Origin: Bacteroidales bacterium
Lineage (GTDB): Bacteria > Bacteroidota > Bacteroidia > Bacteroidales > JAADJA01
Reading direction: 5' to 3'
Length of the DNA stretch: 64,000 nucleotides
Assembly: GCA_020052415.1 (NCBI GenBank)
Contig: JAGVPB010000078.1
Location: 146,642-210,641, forward strand
Shown here: positions 16,701 through 23,322 of the stretch, piece after piece
Layout of the letters: each line of letters starts with the position of its first letter
Numbering within the stretch: the first letter of the stretch is position 1
Notes under the pieces: generated by a model
Seen by the model: the letters and a program-made list of their open reading frames with translations, nothing else
What the model was told of the DNA's origin: nothing
Database searches by the model: none
Translations under genes and position numbers: made by a program

Positions 16701-17694
16701 TCAGTTATTCAACGGTGCAAGCAGCGAGTGGGGTGCAGAAATTTTCTTCAGTACAAGCGGCGCCGGATACGGTAATGCTGGTGGCTCCAACTCGTTCACT
16801 TTCAGCTATAGTTACAACACGTGGTTTTTTATGAAGAATGTGATTGATCTGGATAACGATCTGGCCCAGATTTATTTGAACGGAACATTACTCAAGCAAT
16901 GGCAATGGAGTTTAGGCGCATTGGGAACCAGTAATTTAAACCAGCTTGGCGGTCTGGATATGTATGCCTGGAATGTCAACGGAACTCCTTTGTATTACTT
17001 TGATGATCTGAGCTATTACGAAATCCTGCAGTTGGATGTGACCGCATATCTTGAAGGACCCTTCACCGGGGCATCAATGACTCCATACATAAATGGGTTA
17101 TTGCCATTATCACAACCCTACAATATTGCACCCTGGAATTACACGGGTACTGAAAGTGTTGCTGCTATTCCAAATGTCAACATTATTGACTGGTTGCTGA
17201 TTGAATTACGTGATGCACCTACAGCAGGCCAGGCCACGGGTGCAACAATGATAGCCCGCCAGGCAGCATTCCTGCTGAACAATGGCAAAGTGGTTGGCCT
17301 GGATGGCAGCTCGGTTCTGAGATTTGAATCTCCTTTCTTCAATAACTTATACCCGGTTATTCATCACCGTAACCATCTTGGAATTATGCCGGCCAACGGA
17401 CTTACTCAAACAGGTGGTATTTATACCTATAATTATTCAACAGGTGTGGGACAGGTTTATGGCGGGATAAACGGGCATAAAGAACTTTCACCCGGAGTTT
17501 GGGGTATGATCAGCGGCGATGGCGATCGAAATAAAACCATCGGAACAGGTGATAAATCACCTCTATGGGAAGACCAGGCTGGAACAAGAGCTTATCAATA
17601 CAGCGATTATAATCTTGACGGCCAGTCCGACAACAGCGACAAAGACGATAAATGGGTGCCAAATATCGGTAAGGGCTGTCAGGTGCCGAATTAA
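13783..17694 (+). CDS. Giant secreted modular protein P3: six-Asp-box sialidase-fold propeller, 2x PKD, CUB-like, PKD, LamG/concanavalin-like, shared C-terminal module
   Basis: Signal peptide MKKYPLFIIVLAIIFAWTVGYAQ. Asp-boxes include SSNGGTTW, SDDGTTWS, STNDGLSW, STNGGVSY, STNGGTTW and SLNAGATW. PKD repeats lie at ~15296-15790. The CUB-like domain is ~15796-16150 (CTGNFYDSGGPSGNY...YDYLRIYNG...FTSDYSV..AGW). The third PKD is ~16160-16420, a LamG-like beta-sandwich is ~16421-17025, and the shared module is 17026-17691. Confidence 0.85.
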   Translation: MKKYPLFIIVLAIIFAWTVGYAQQTKKPQANKAVSDQVDTRIDNMGYWMEKAKQGLVPYSQPIPIKPAEYTGSKINVKGIKSIESIDVPVTNLTNVTESENSVFVDPNNANYILNSNNSTSWSGGSVGTLYGANYFQSSNGGTTWGGTPNGAGGSNSGDPTTAIGLNGREYVNYITNPGGQGIAWSDDGTTWSAVTIAPNPGSLADKNHMWIDNKAGSPYEGNLYTAWTDFGGGNNNNIVISRSTNDGLSWSSLINLSSAVAAGSHNQGVNIQTGPGGEVYVCWAIYDGWPTDETAIGFAKSTNGGVSYTAGTRIKTGLKGIRTSGSTKNHRVNSFPSMAVDISGGPNNGNLYIVWTNIGTPGVNTGSNRSVYMIRSTNGGTTWSAAIKVNQNPFIDGDVAYFPWISCDPVTGVLSTVFYDDRNVTAGGAVEVFSAYSLNAGATWTDFVISDVSFTPSPIPGLASSYMGDYLGITSKGGKVYPCWTDTRGGLFMTYVSPYELGLNADFMANNTTPCTGSTVTFSDLSTGSPISWTWSFTGGTPSSYVGQTPPAITYSTPGSYNVSLTVGDGTATDTETKTGYISVQNVIANFSGTPTTVVVGNTVTFTDNSSCSPTSWSWSFPGGTPATATGVGPHIITYNTLGTYDASLTVTKSASNDTETKTSYITVIAPEFNMTNGTVTTCTGNFYDSGGPSGNYQNNENFTETFYPSTSGAMIRFTFASFNTESGYDYLRIYNGTSVAAPLIGTYNGTTGPGTVTASNAAGALTFNFTSDYSVTPAGWSAAITCYSTSLPPVANFSASNTSPFVGETVIFTDLSNNAPTTWAWSFNPTSISYVGGTNANSQNPQVQFNSSGLYTVTLAVTNAYGSDSEVKTNYINVIHTIPPYVENFETFAAGNYVALTSPYWTTWSNLPGGTEDAVIVSTPTHGGTKSVKIDGVNDLVLPLGDKTSGKYIISFYMYVPSGNYGYYNLLQLFNGASSEWGAEIFFSTSGAGYGNAGGSNSFTFSYSYNTWFFMKNVIDLDNDLAQIYLNGTLLKQWQWSLGALGTSNLNQLGGLDMYAWNVNGTPLYYFDDLSYYEILQLDVTAYLEGPFTGASMTPYINGLLPLSQPYNIAPWNYTGTESVAAIPNVNIIDWLLIELRDAPTAGQATGATMIARQAAFLLNNGKVVGLDGSSVLRFESPFFNNLYPVIHHRNHLGIMPANGLTQTGGIYTYNYSTGVGQVYGGINGHKELSPGVWGMISGDGDRNKTIGTGDKSPLWEDQAGTRAYQYSDYNLDGQSDNSDKDDKWVPNIGKGCQVPN
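17026..17691 (+). other. Shared C-terminal module, copy 3 (P3)
   Basis: Conserved blocks are LEGPF, PLSQPYNIAPWNYTGTE, DWLLIELRDA, HHRNHL, YST, GDGDRNKTIGTGD, DYNLDGQSDNSDKDDKW, and QVPN at the stop. Confidence 0.85.
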
Positions 17695-17740
17695 TGCTCA
17701 ATCTCTTGTAGGACTAAAGTTTTGGGAAAATAATTAGTTA

Positions 17741-17768
17741 AAAAACTCAGGGAACCCTGAGTTTTTTT
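17741..17768 (+). terminator. Rho-independent terminator after P3
   Basis: AAAAACTCAGGGAACCCTGAGTTTTTTT: a GC-containing stem (ACTCAG/CTGAGT) followed by a T7 run, 47 nt after the stop. Confidence 0.75.
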
Positions 17769-17786
17769 GTTACAGTCAATTTTTTG

Positions 17787-17794
17787 TATATTTG
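17787..17794 (+). promoter_or_regulatory. Candidate -7 box (TATATTTG) upstream of the P4 gene
   Basis: Matches TAnnTTTG with a TTTG 17 nt upstream (17766-17769), the same spacing as upstream of P3. It is 59 nt before the ATG at 17853. Confidence 0.4.
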
Positions 17795-17852
17795 CCGGTT
17801 CATCGCATCATTAATGAGTTTCTGAAATATTAATTCGAAAAATTATACTAAT

Positions 17853-20800
17853 ATGAGAAAGTGTACAATTTTACTAACTGTTTTGTTAATTGCCGGTACT
17901 TTTTGTTATTCTCAGAATATCAAGAAAGCACCGGCCAAGAAATTTACAAAAGATCAGATTGATACCCGTGTTGATAATATGGGTTATTGGATGGAAAAAG
18001 CCAAAATGGGGCTGGTTCCGTACAACCAGCCCATACCTGTTCCACCTGCTGAATACAAGGGCAATCAGATCAATGTAAAAGGTGTTAAGTCAGTTTTATC
18101 AACCGACGTACCTGTTACAAACCTGACTAATGTTACAGAGAGTGAGAATTCAGTGTTCGTTGATCCCAACAATGCCAACTATTTACTCAATTCTAATAAC
18201 TCAACCTCCTGGTCAGGGGGAAGTGTTGGAACTTTGTATGGAGCCAATTATTTTCAGTCAGCAGATGGAGGCACAACCTGGGGAGGAAGCTATCAGGGTG
18301 CAGGGGGCGCAAACTCTGGGGACCCAACTACAGCTATAGGTTTGAACGGAAGGGAATACGTGAACTTTATCAGTAATGCTTATGGTCAGGGTATTGCCTA
18401 TTCCGACAATGGAACAACCTGGTCAACGGCAACAGTGGCACCGAATCCCGGATCGATGGCAGATAAAAACCACATGTGGATAGACAATAGTCCCACAAGT
18501 CCATACGAAGGAAATTTATATGTGGCCTGGACTGATTTCGGGGGTGTAAATGATGCAGATATCGTGACAGCACGCTCCTCAAATGATGGAGTAACCTGGT
18601 CAGGTTTACAAAATCTCAGTTCAGCAGTAGCAGCCGGTAGCCATAACCAGGGCGTGAATATACAGACAGGCCCCAACGGAGAAGTATATATTTGCTGGGC
18701 GATTTACGACGGCTGGCCGACGGATGAAACAGCCATTGGATTTGCCAAATCAACCAACGGAGGAGTAAGTTATACAGCAGGAACAAGAATTAAAACGGGA
18801 CTTAAAGGTATCCGTACAAGCGGATCAGGAGGTAAAAACCACAGGGTTAATTCATTTCCGTCAATGGCAGTGGATATAAGCGGCGGAGCAAACAACGGAA
18901 ATCTTTACATTGTTTGGACTAACATTGGAACTCCTGGTGTGAATACCGGTACAAACCGAAGTGTTTATATGATCCGTTCCACCAATGGAGGTACCACCTG
19001 GTCAGCCGCAATAAAGGTTAACCAGAACGCCTTTGTAGATGGAAAGTCAGCCTATTTCCCCTGGATTAGCTGTGATCCTGAAACAGGAGTTTTGAGCACC
19101 GTTTTTTATGATGACAGAAATGTCACCTCGACCCAGAACGAAATATTCTCCGCTTACTCACTCGATGCTGGAACCACATGGACTGACTTTAAAGTAGGCG
19201 ATTTTGCTTTTACACCCACACCTATTTCAGGTCTGGCGAGCAGCTATATGGGCGATTATCTCGGTATTACTTCAAAAGGGGGAAAAGTATATCCCTGCTG
19301 GACAGAATACCGTGGCGGATTATTCATGACCTATGTATCGCCTTATGAACTGGGTTTGAATGCATCCTTTACTGCAAGTGCAACAACGATTTGTACTGGT
19401 TCAACAGTTACTTTTGACGATGTATCAACCGGAAGCCCCACTTCATGGAGCTGGAGTTTCCCCGGAGGAACACCTTCAAGCTATGTGGGCCAGAATCCCC
19501 CAGCTATCGCCTATAACAGCCCGGGAACTTATGATGTTTCGTTAACAGTTGGTGACGGTGCGGCCTTTGATACTGAAACCAAAGTCGGATATATTTCGGT
19601 TCAGAATATTATAGCCAATTTCTCAGGGGCTCCCACAACAGTTGTCGTTGGCAATACGGTTACATTTACCGATCTGTCTTCCTGCAGCCCAACTACTTGG
19701 TCATGGACCTTCACCGGAGGTACTCCGGCGAGTTATTCGGGTCAAACACCACCGGCAATTACCTACAATACAGTCGGAACGTATGATGTATCACTCATCG
19801 TAACCAAACCGGGTTCAAATGACACCGAAACAAAAACAGGATATATTACTGTTATACCGCCCGAATTCAATATGACTAACGGAACTGTTACTACCTGTAC
19901 AGGTAATTTCTATGATTCAGGAGGACCTACAGGTAACTATGTTGATAATGAAAATTATACAATGACCTTCTATCCTTCTACAACCGGCTCTATGATCCGG
20001 TTTGCATTCAGTTCTTTCATCTCGGAATCAAGCTACGATTATTTATACATCTATAATGGAGAAAACACCTCCGCTCCGCTTATCGGTACCTATAACGGAA
20101 CCACCGGGCCGGGTACGGTTACGGCTTCTAATGCTGCCGGAGCTTTGACTTTCCTCTGGACTTCCGATGTAAGCGTTGTTTATGCAGGCTGGGCCGCAAG
20201 CATCACATGTTACAGTACAACGGTTCCTCCCGTTGCTGATTTTACTGCATCCAGCATTACTCCTCCGATACTGTCAACAGTAACTTTTACCGATGCTTCT
20301 GCCAATTTCCCGACTTCATGGTCATGGTCATTTAATCCATCCACCATTACTTTTACAAACGGTACAAGCTCTACTTCGCAAAATCCTCAGGTTATTTTCA
20401 ATGACCTGGGATTATATGATGTTTCACTTACCTCTACCAATGCTTACGGTTCGGATAATGAAACTAAGAATGATTATATCAATGTGGTAAATTGCTCCTA
20501 TTGTACTGCAGGTGCGACAACCGGCAATGAAGAATGGATCGGTAATGTCACATTTAATACCATCAATAATTCGTCCGCAGCAGGAACCGGATATACAAAT
20601 TATACTGCAATTTCAACTGACGTGCTGCCCGGAAACAGTTATCCGGTTTCAGTCACATGCGGTTCCATTGGTACCTGGACAGAGCACATCTGGGTATTCA
20701 TTGATTTCAACCAGGATTGTGATTTTACCGATGCCGGAGAAAGCACTGACCTTGGTCAGGTATCAGGACCGGGAACACTCAGCGGCAGTATTACCGTGCC

Positions 20801-21596
20801 GGCTGGTGCGCTTCCCGGATCAACCCGATTGCGCGCTATGCTCAAATATAACGGTGATCCCACATCATGCGAAGCATACAGCTATGGAGAGACTGAGGAT
20901 TATACTGTTCATATTCCGGGCGCTAACCTGAGTGTTGACATCACGGCTTTCCTCGAAGGTCCTTTTGTGGGAACATCAATGGTACAGGGACTTGTCGGTT
21001 ATGTTCCCCTGAACCAGCCTTATAATGTAGCCCCCTGGAACTACACCGGAACTGAAAGTGTTGTTTCTATTCCCGCCAATGCCATTGACTGGGTTTTGAT
21101 CGAGCTTCGCGATGCGGCTTCAGCAGGTGTTGCTACCAGCGGCACAAGAATCGGCAGACAGGCTGCTTTCCTTAGAAATGACGGCAGAGTTATCGGACTA
21201 ACAGGAACTCCGGTTCTGGATTTTGGCGCCATTTCCTTTACCAGTAATTTATTCGCCGTGGTTCATCACCGCAATCATCTCAGCGTGATTTCTTCGGTAG
21301 GATTGACTCAAACAGGTGGCATATATACCTATAATTTTTCAACCGGCTCAGGCCAGGCTTTTGGCGGTACTACTGCACACAAACAGGTTGGTTCCGGTAT
21401 TTGGGGATTGTTTGCCGGTGACGGTAATAAAAACGGTTTGGTGGAAACCACCGATGAATCACCTACATGGGAAACCACGGCAGGTTCCCGCGGTTATCTT
21501 GGCAGTGATTATAACCTTGATTCGCAGTCGAACAACCTTGATAAAGACAACATCTGGGTGCCCAATTTAGGTTCTGGCAGCCAGGTCCCGAATTAA
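17853..21596 (+). CDS. Giant secreted modular protein P4: tandem paralog of P3 with a GEVED domain in place of the LamG-like domain
   Basis: Signal peptide MRKCTILLTVLLIAGTFCYSQ. It is collinear with and highly similar to P3 through the propeller, 2x PKD and CUB-like domains (~19860-20215). The third PKD is ~20224-20485. The GEVED-type domain is ~20489-20921 (CSYCTAG...NEEWIGNVTF...GYTNYT...GETEDYTVHI). The shared module is 20926-21593. Confidence 0.85.
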   Translation: MRKCTILLTVLLIAGTFCYSQNIKKAPAKKFTKDQIDTRVDNMGYWMEKAKMGLVPYNQPIPVPPAEYKGNQINVKGVKSVLSTDVPVTNLTNVTESENSVFVDPNNANYLLNSNNSTSWSGGSVGTLYGANYFQSADGGTTWGGSYQGAGGANSGDPTTAIGLNGREYVNFISNAYGQGIAYSDNGTTWSTATVAPNPGSMADKNHMWIDNSPTSPYEGNLYVAWTDFGGVNDADIVTARSSNDGVTWSGLQNLSSAVAAGSHNQGVNIQTGPNGEVYICWAIYDGWPTDETAIGFAKSTNGGVSYTAGTRIKTGLKGIRTSGSGGKNHRVNSFPSMAVDISGGANNGNLYIVWTNIGTPGVNTGTNRSVYMIRSTNGGTTWSAAIKVNQNAFVDGKSAYFPWISCDPETGVLSTVFYDDRNVTSTQNEIFSAYSLDAGTTWTDFKVGDFAFTPTPISGLASSYMGDYLGITSKGGKVYPCWTEYRGGLFMTYVSPYELGLNASFTASATTICTGSTVTFDDVSTGSPTSWSWSFPGGTPSSYVGQNPPAIAYNSPGTYDVSLTVGDGAAFDTETKVGYISVQNIIANFSGAPTTVVVGNTVTFTDLSSCSPTTWSWTFTGGTPASYSGQTPPAITYNTVGTYDVSLIVTKPGSNDTETKTGYITVIPPEFNMTNGTVTTCTGNFYDSGGPTGNYVDNENYTMTFYPSTTGSMIRFAFSSFISESSYDYLYIYNGENTSAPLIGTYNGTTGPGTVTASNAAGALTFLWTSDVSVVYAGWAASITCYSTTVPPVADFTASSITPPILSTVTFTDASANFPTSWSWSFNPSTITFTNGTSSTSQNPQVIFNDLGLYDVSLTSTNAYGSDNETKNDYINVVNCSYCTAGATTGNEEWIGNVTFNTINNSSAAGTGYTNYTAISTDVLPGNSYPVSVTCGSIGTWTEHIWVFIDFNQDCDFTDAGESTDLGQVSGPGTLSGSITVPAGALPGSTRLRAMLKYNGDPTSCEAYSYGETEDYTVHIPGANLSVDITAFLEGPFVGTSMVQGLVGYVPLNQPYNVAPWNYTGTESVVSIPANAIDWVLIELRDAASAGVATSGTRIGRQAAFLRNDGRVIGLTGTPVLDFGAISFTSNLFAVVHHRNHLSVISSVGLTQTGGIYTYNFSTGSGQAFGGTTAHKQVGSGIWGLFAGDGNKNGLVETTDESPTWETTAGSRGYLGSDYNLDSQSNNLDKDNIWVPNLGSGSQVPN
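20926..21593 (+). other. Shared C-terminal module, copy 4 (P4)
   Basis: Conserved blocks are LEGPF, PLNQPYNVAPWNYTGTE, DWVLIELRDA, HHRNHL, FST, GDGNKNGLVETTD, DYNLDSQSNNLDKDNIW, and QVPN at the stop. Confidence 0.85.
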
Positions 21597-21620
21597 TCAG
21601 GTAGAGTGATCTAAATTATG

Positions 21621-21651
21621 GCCTCCGGAGAATTCTTCGGGGGCTTTTTTT
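21621..21651 (+). terminator. Rho-independent terminator after P4
   Basis: GCCTCCG-GAGAATTCTT-CGGGGGC (7-bp stem with one G-U pair) followed by TTTTTTT. Confidence 0.7.
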
Positions 21652-21672
21652 ATTTTTGCAGAAAAGAAAATC

Positions 21673-22125
21673 ATGAGGGCAGTCATTCAGCGTGTATCCA
21701 AGGCTTCGGTCGAAATCAACGGGATCATTAAGAATAAAATCGAAACCGGCTTGCTGGTCCTGCTTGGCATTGAAGAAGCCGACTCAACAGGGGACATTGA
21801 ATGGCTTTGCGGGAAAATTACACGTTTAAGGATTTTCCCAGACGAAAACCAGGTGATGAACCTTTCAGTGATGGAAGCAGATGGTGAAATAATGGTAATC
21901 AGCCAGTTCACATTACACGCGAGTACAAAAAAGGGAAATCGCCCCTCTTATATAAAAGCAGCAAAGCCTGAAACAGCGATTCCGTTGTACCATGAATTTA
22001 TAAGTCGTCTTGGAATGGAAACAGGCAAACAGATCAAAACAGGGGAGTTTGGAGCCATGATGGAGATCGGCCTTGTGAATTCTGGGCCGGTTACAATAAT
22101 TATTGATACAAAAAATAAGGAGTGA
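21673..22125 (+). CDS. dtd: D-aminoacyl-tRNA deacylase
   Basis: 150 aa: MRAVIQRV...GLLVLLGI...KI..LRIF......MNLS......GEIMVISQFTL...TKKGNRPS...GEFGAMM...LVNSGPVT is a full-length DTD family pattern. Confidence 0.92.
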   Translation: MRAVIQRVSKASVEINGIIKNKIETGLLVLLGIEEADSTGDIEWLCGKITRLRIFPDENQVMNLSVMEADGEIMVISQFTLHASTKKGNRPSYIKAAKPETAIPLYHEFISRLGMETGKQIKTGEFGAMMEIGLVNSGPVTIIIDTKNKE

Positions 22126-22500
22126 TCACTGAAGTTTTTCCATGAATCTTTTTAAATCAACGATGTACCTTGTGTGCGTCCCGATACCAATCATTCCTTT
22201 TTCGTCCCAGGCATGAACCTCAAAAACCAGTTTGTTATTTCTGACTTCTTTCAGGAAGGATTCACCCGTGACCTTTTCTCCAATTTTTGTAGCTTTTAAG
22301 TGTTTGACATTTATTTCAATACCAACAGTGGTTTGGCCTTCGGGCAAAAGGTGCTGAATGCTTTCCACTGCGGTGTTTTCCATCAACGCGATCATGGCCG
22401 GAGTAGAAAACGCGTCCACCAGGCCCGAACCATAACTTAGCGCCGAATGTGACTCGTTGGTCGTTATTTCCTTATGATGCCTGATACCGGGTTCCAACAT
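22126..22500 (-). CDS. Hotdog-fold thioesterase family protein
   Basis: 124 aa with YGSGLVDAFSTPAMIALMENTA...GIEINVKHLKATKIGEKV, resembling the fluoroacetyl-CoA/4HBT-like thioesterase family. Confidence 0.65.
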   Translation of the reverse strand: MLEPGIRHHKEITTNESHSALSYGSGLVDAFSTPAMIALMENTAVESIQHLLPEGQTTVGIEINVKHLKATKIGEKVTGESFLKEVRNNKLVFEVHAWDEKGMIGIGTHTRYIVDLKRFMEKLQ

Positions 22501-22516
22501 TTGTTTAGTTCAAAGT

Positions 22517-22758
22517 TTGAAGTTCGATGTTCGATGTTCCGGGTTCTGTGTTCTGAGTTCTGAGTTCAGGTTCTCTGTTCCGTGCTGGTTACTGGTTGCC
22601 CCGCAGAGCGGGATCTTCGCTTCGCTACGAATGGTTGCTGGTTTGACTTGCTATGCTCAAGTCTCATTTCTCATTTCTCACTCCCAATACCCAAATCCCT
22701 TCACCCCGCTCCCGGCTCCCTGCTCCCCTGCTCCCAGCTCCCTGCACCACGCTCCCTG
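22517..22758. repeat. Degenerate short-period (about 7 bp) stutter repeats filling an intergenic spacer
   Basis: The sequence runs GTTCGAT GTTCGAT GTTCCGG GTTCTGT GTTCTGA GTTCTGA GTTCAGG..., then CTGGTTA CTGGTTG, CTTCG CTTCG and CTCATTT CTCATTT, then GCTCCCn units (CTCCCGG CTCCCTG CTCCCCTG CTCCCAG CTCCCTG). Confidence 0.85.
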
Positions 22759-23166
22759 CTAATATTTAAACTCAATTGTCTTTTTCAAATCCGGGTGCAA
22801 ACTCAGATAAACCGGGCAGGTAAATGCCGAGCGCTCGATGATCTTTTTCTGCTTATCAGTATAACCATTCATAGGGAAGGTAAGTTCAATCTTAACCTCG
22901 CCAACCCTTCTCGGATCGGATGCCATGATCTTCCAGATTTTTACCTTTGTGCCGTCAATATTAAATTCATGCTCTCTTGCTGCAATTCCCATTATCGTGA
23001 GCATGCAGCTTCCCAGCGATGTTGCCAGCAGGTCGGTGGGTGAAAATGACTCGCCCTTTCCTTTATTATCCGGAGGAGCGTCGGTTATCAGTTGTGTCCC
23101 CGACCTTACATGCGTTGCCTGAGTTCTTAAATCACTGAGATAAATTGTAGTAATCGTTTCTTCCAT
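22759..23166 (-). CDS. OsmC/Ohr-family peroxiredoxin-like protein
   Basis: The motifs DAPPDNKGKGESFSPTDLLATSLGSCM and ERSAFTCPV give the two-Cys OsmC pattern. The start is set to MEETITT (23166) because a TAACTTTG -7 box sits inside the longer track ORF. Confidence 0.8.
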   Translation of the reverse strand: MEETITTIYLSDLRTQATHVRSGTQLITDAPPDNKGKGESFSPTDLLATSLGSCMLTIMGIAAREHEFNIDGTKVKIWKIMASDPRRVGEVKIELTFPMNGYTDKQKKIIERSAFTCPVYLSLHPDLKKTIEFKY

Positions 23167-23184
23167 TATTATTGAATGAGTGGG

Positions 23185-23192
23185 CAAAGTTA
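23185..23192 (-). promoter_or_regulatory. Candidate -7 box (TAACTTTG on the minus strand) for the OsmC-like gene
   Basis: Plus-strand CAAAGTTA is TAACTTTG on the minus strand, 19 nt upstream of the ATG at 23166. Confidence 0.45.
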
Positions 23193-23322
23193 TAAAATCC
23201 AAATGAGAAGAATTTTATAAACTAATAACCGAAATAACCTGGGATAATAATTTCCATTTTCCTTTATCAGATGAATTGAAAATGATTATTTTCGCCAATT
23301 ATTTGTAAATTAATTCATTCCC

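Noticed and set aside
17139-17342. Antisense ORFs inside the shared C-terminal module of P3 (17139..17342) and P4 (21041..21232) that resemble each other
   Set aside because: Their similarity is explained by the conserved sense-strand module they overlap. There is no independent start context or signal.
22517-22758. Could the short repeats be a CRISPR array?
   Set aside because: The repeat period is about 7 bp with no unique spacers of 25-40 bp and no constant 25-40 bp repeat. No cas genes are nearby.
22517-23043. + strand ORFs 22517..22762 and 22582..23043
   Set aside because: The first is a translation of the stutter-repeat spacer. The second runs antisense through the OsmC-like gene. Neither has protein-like features.
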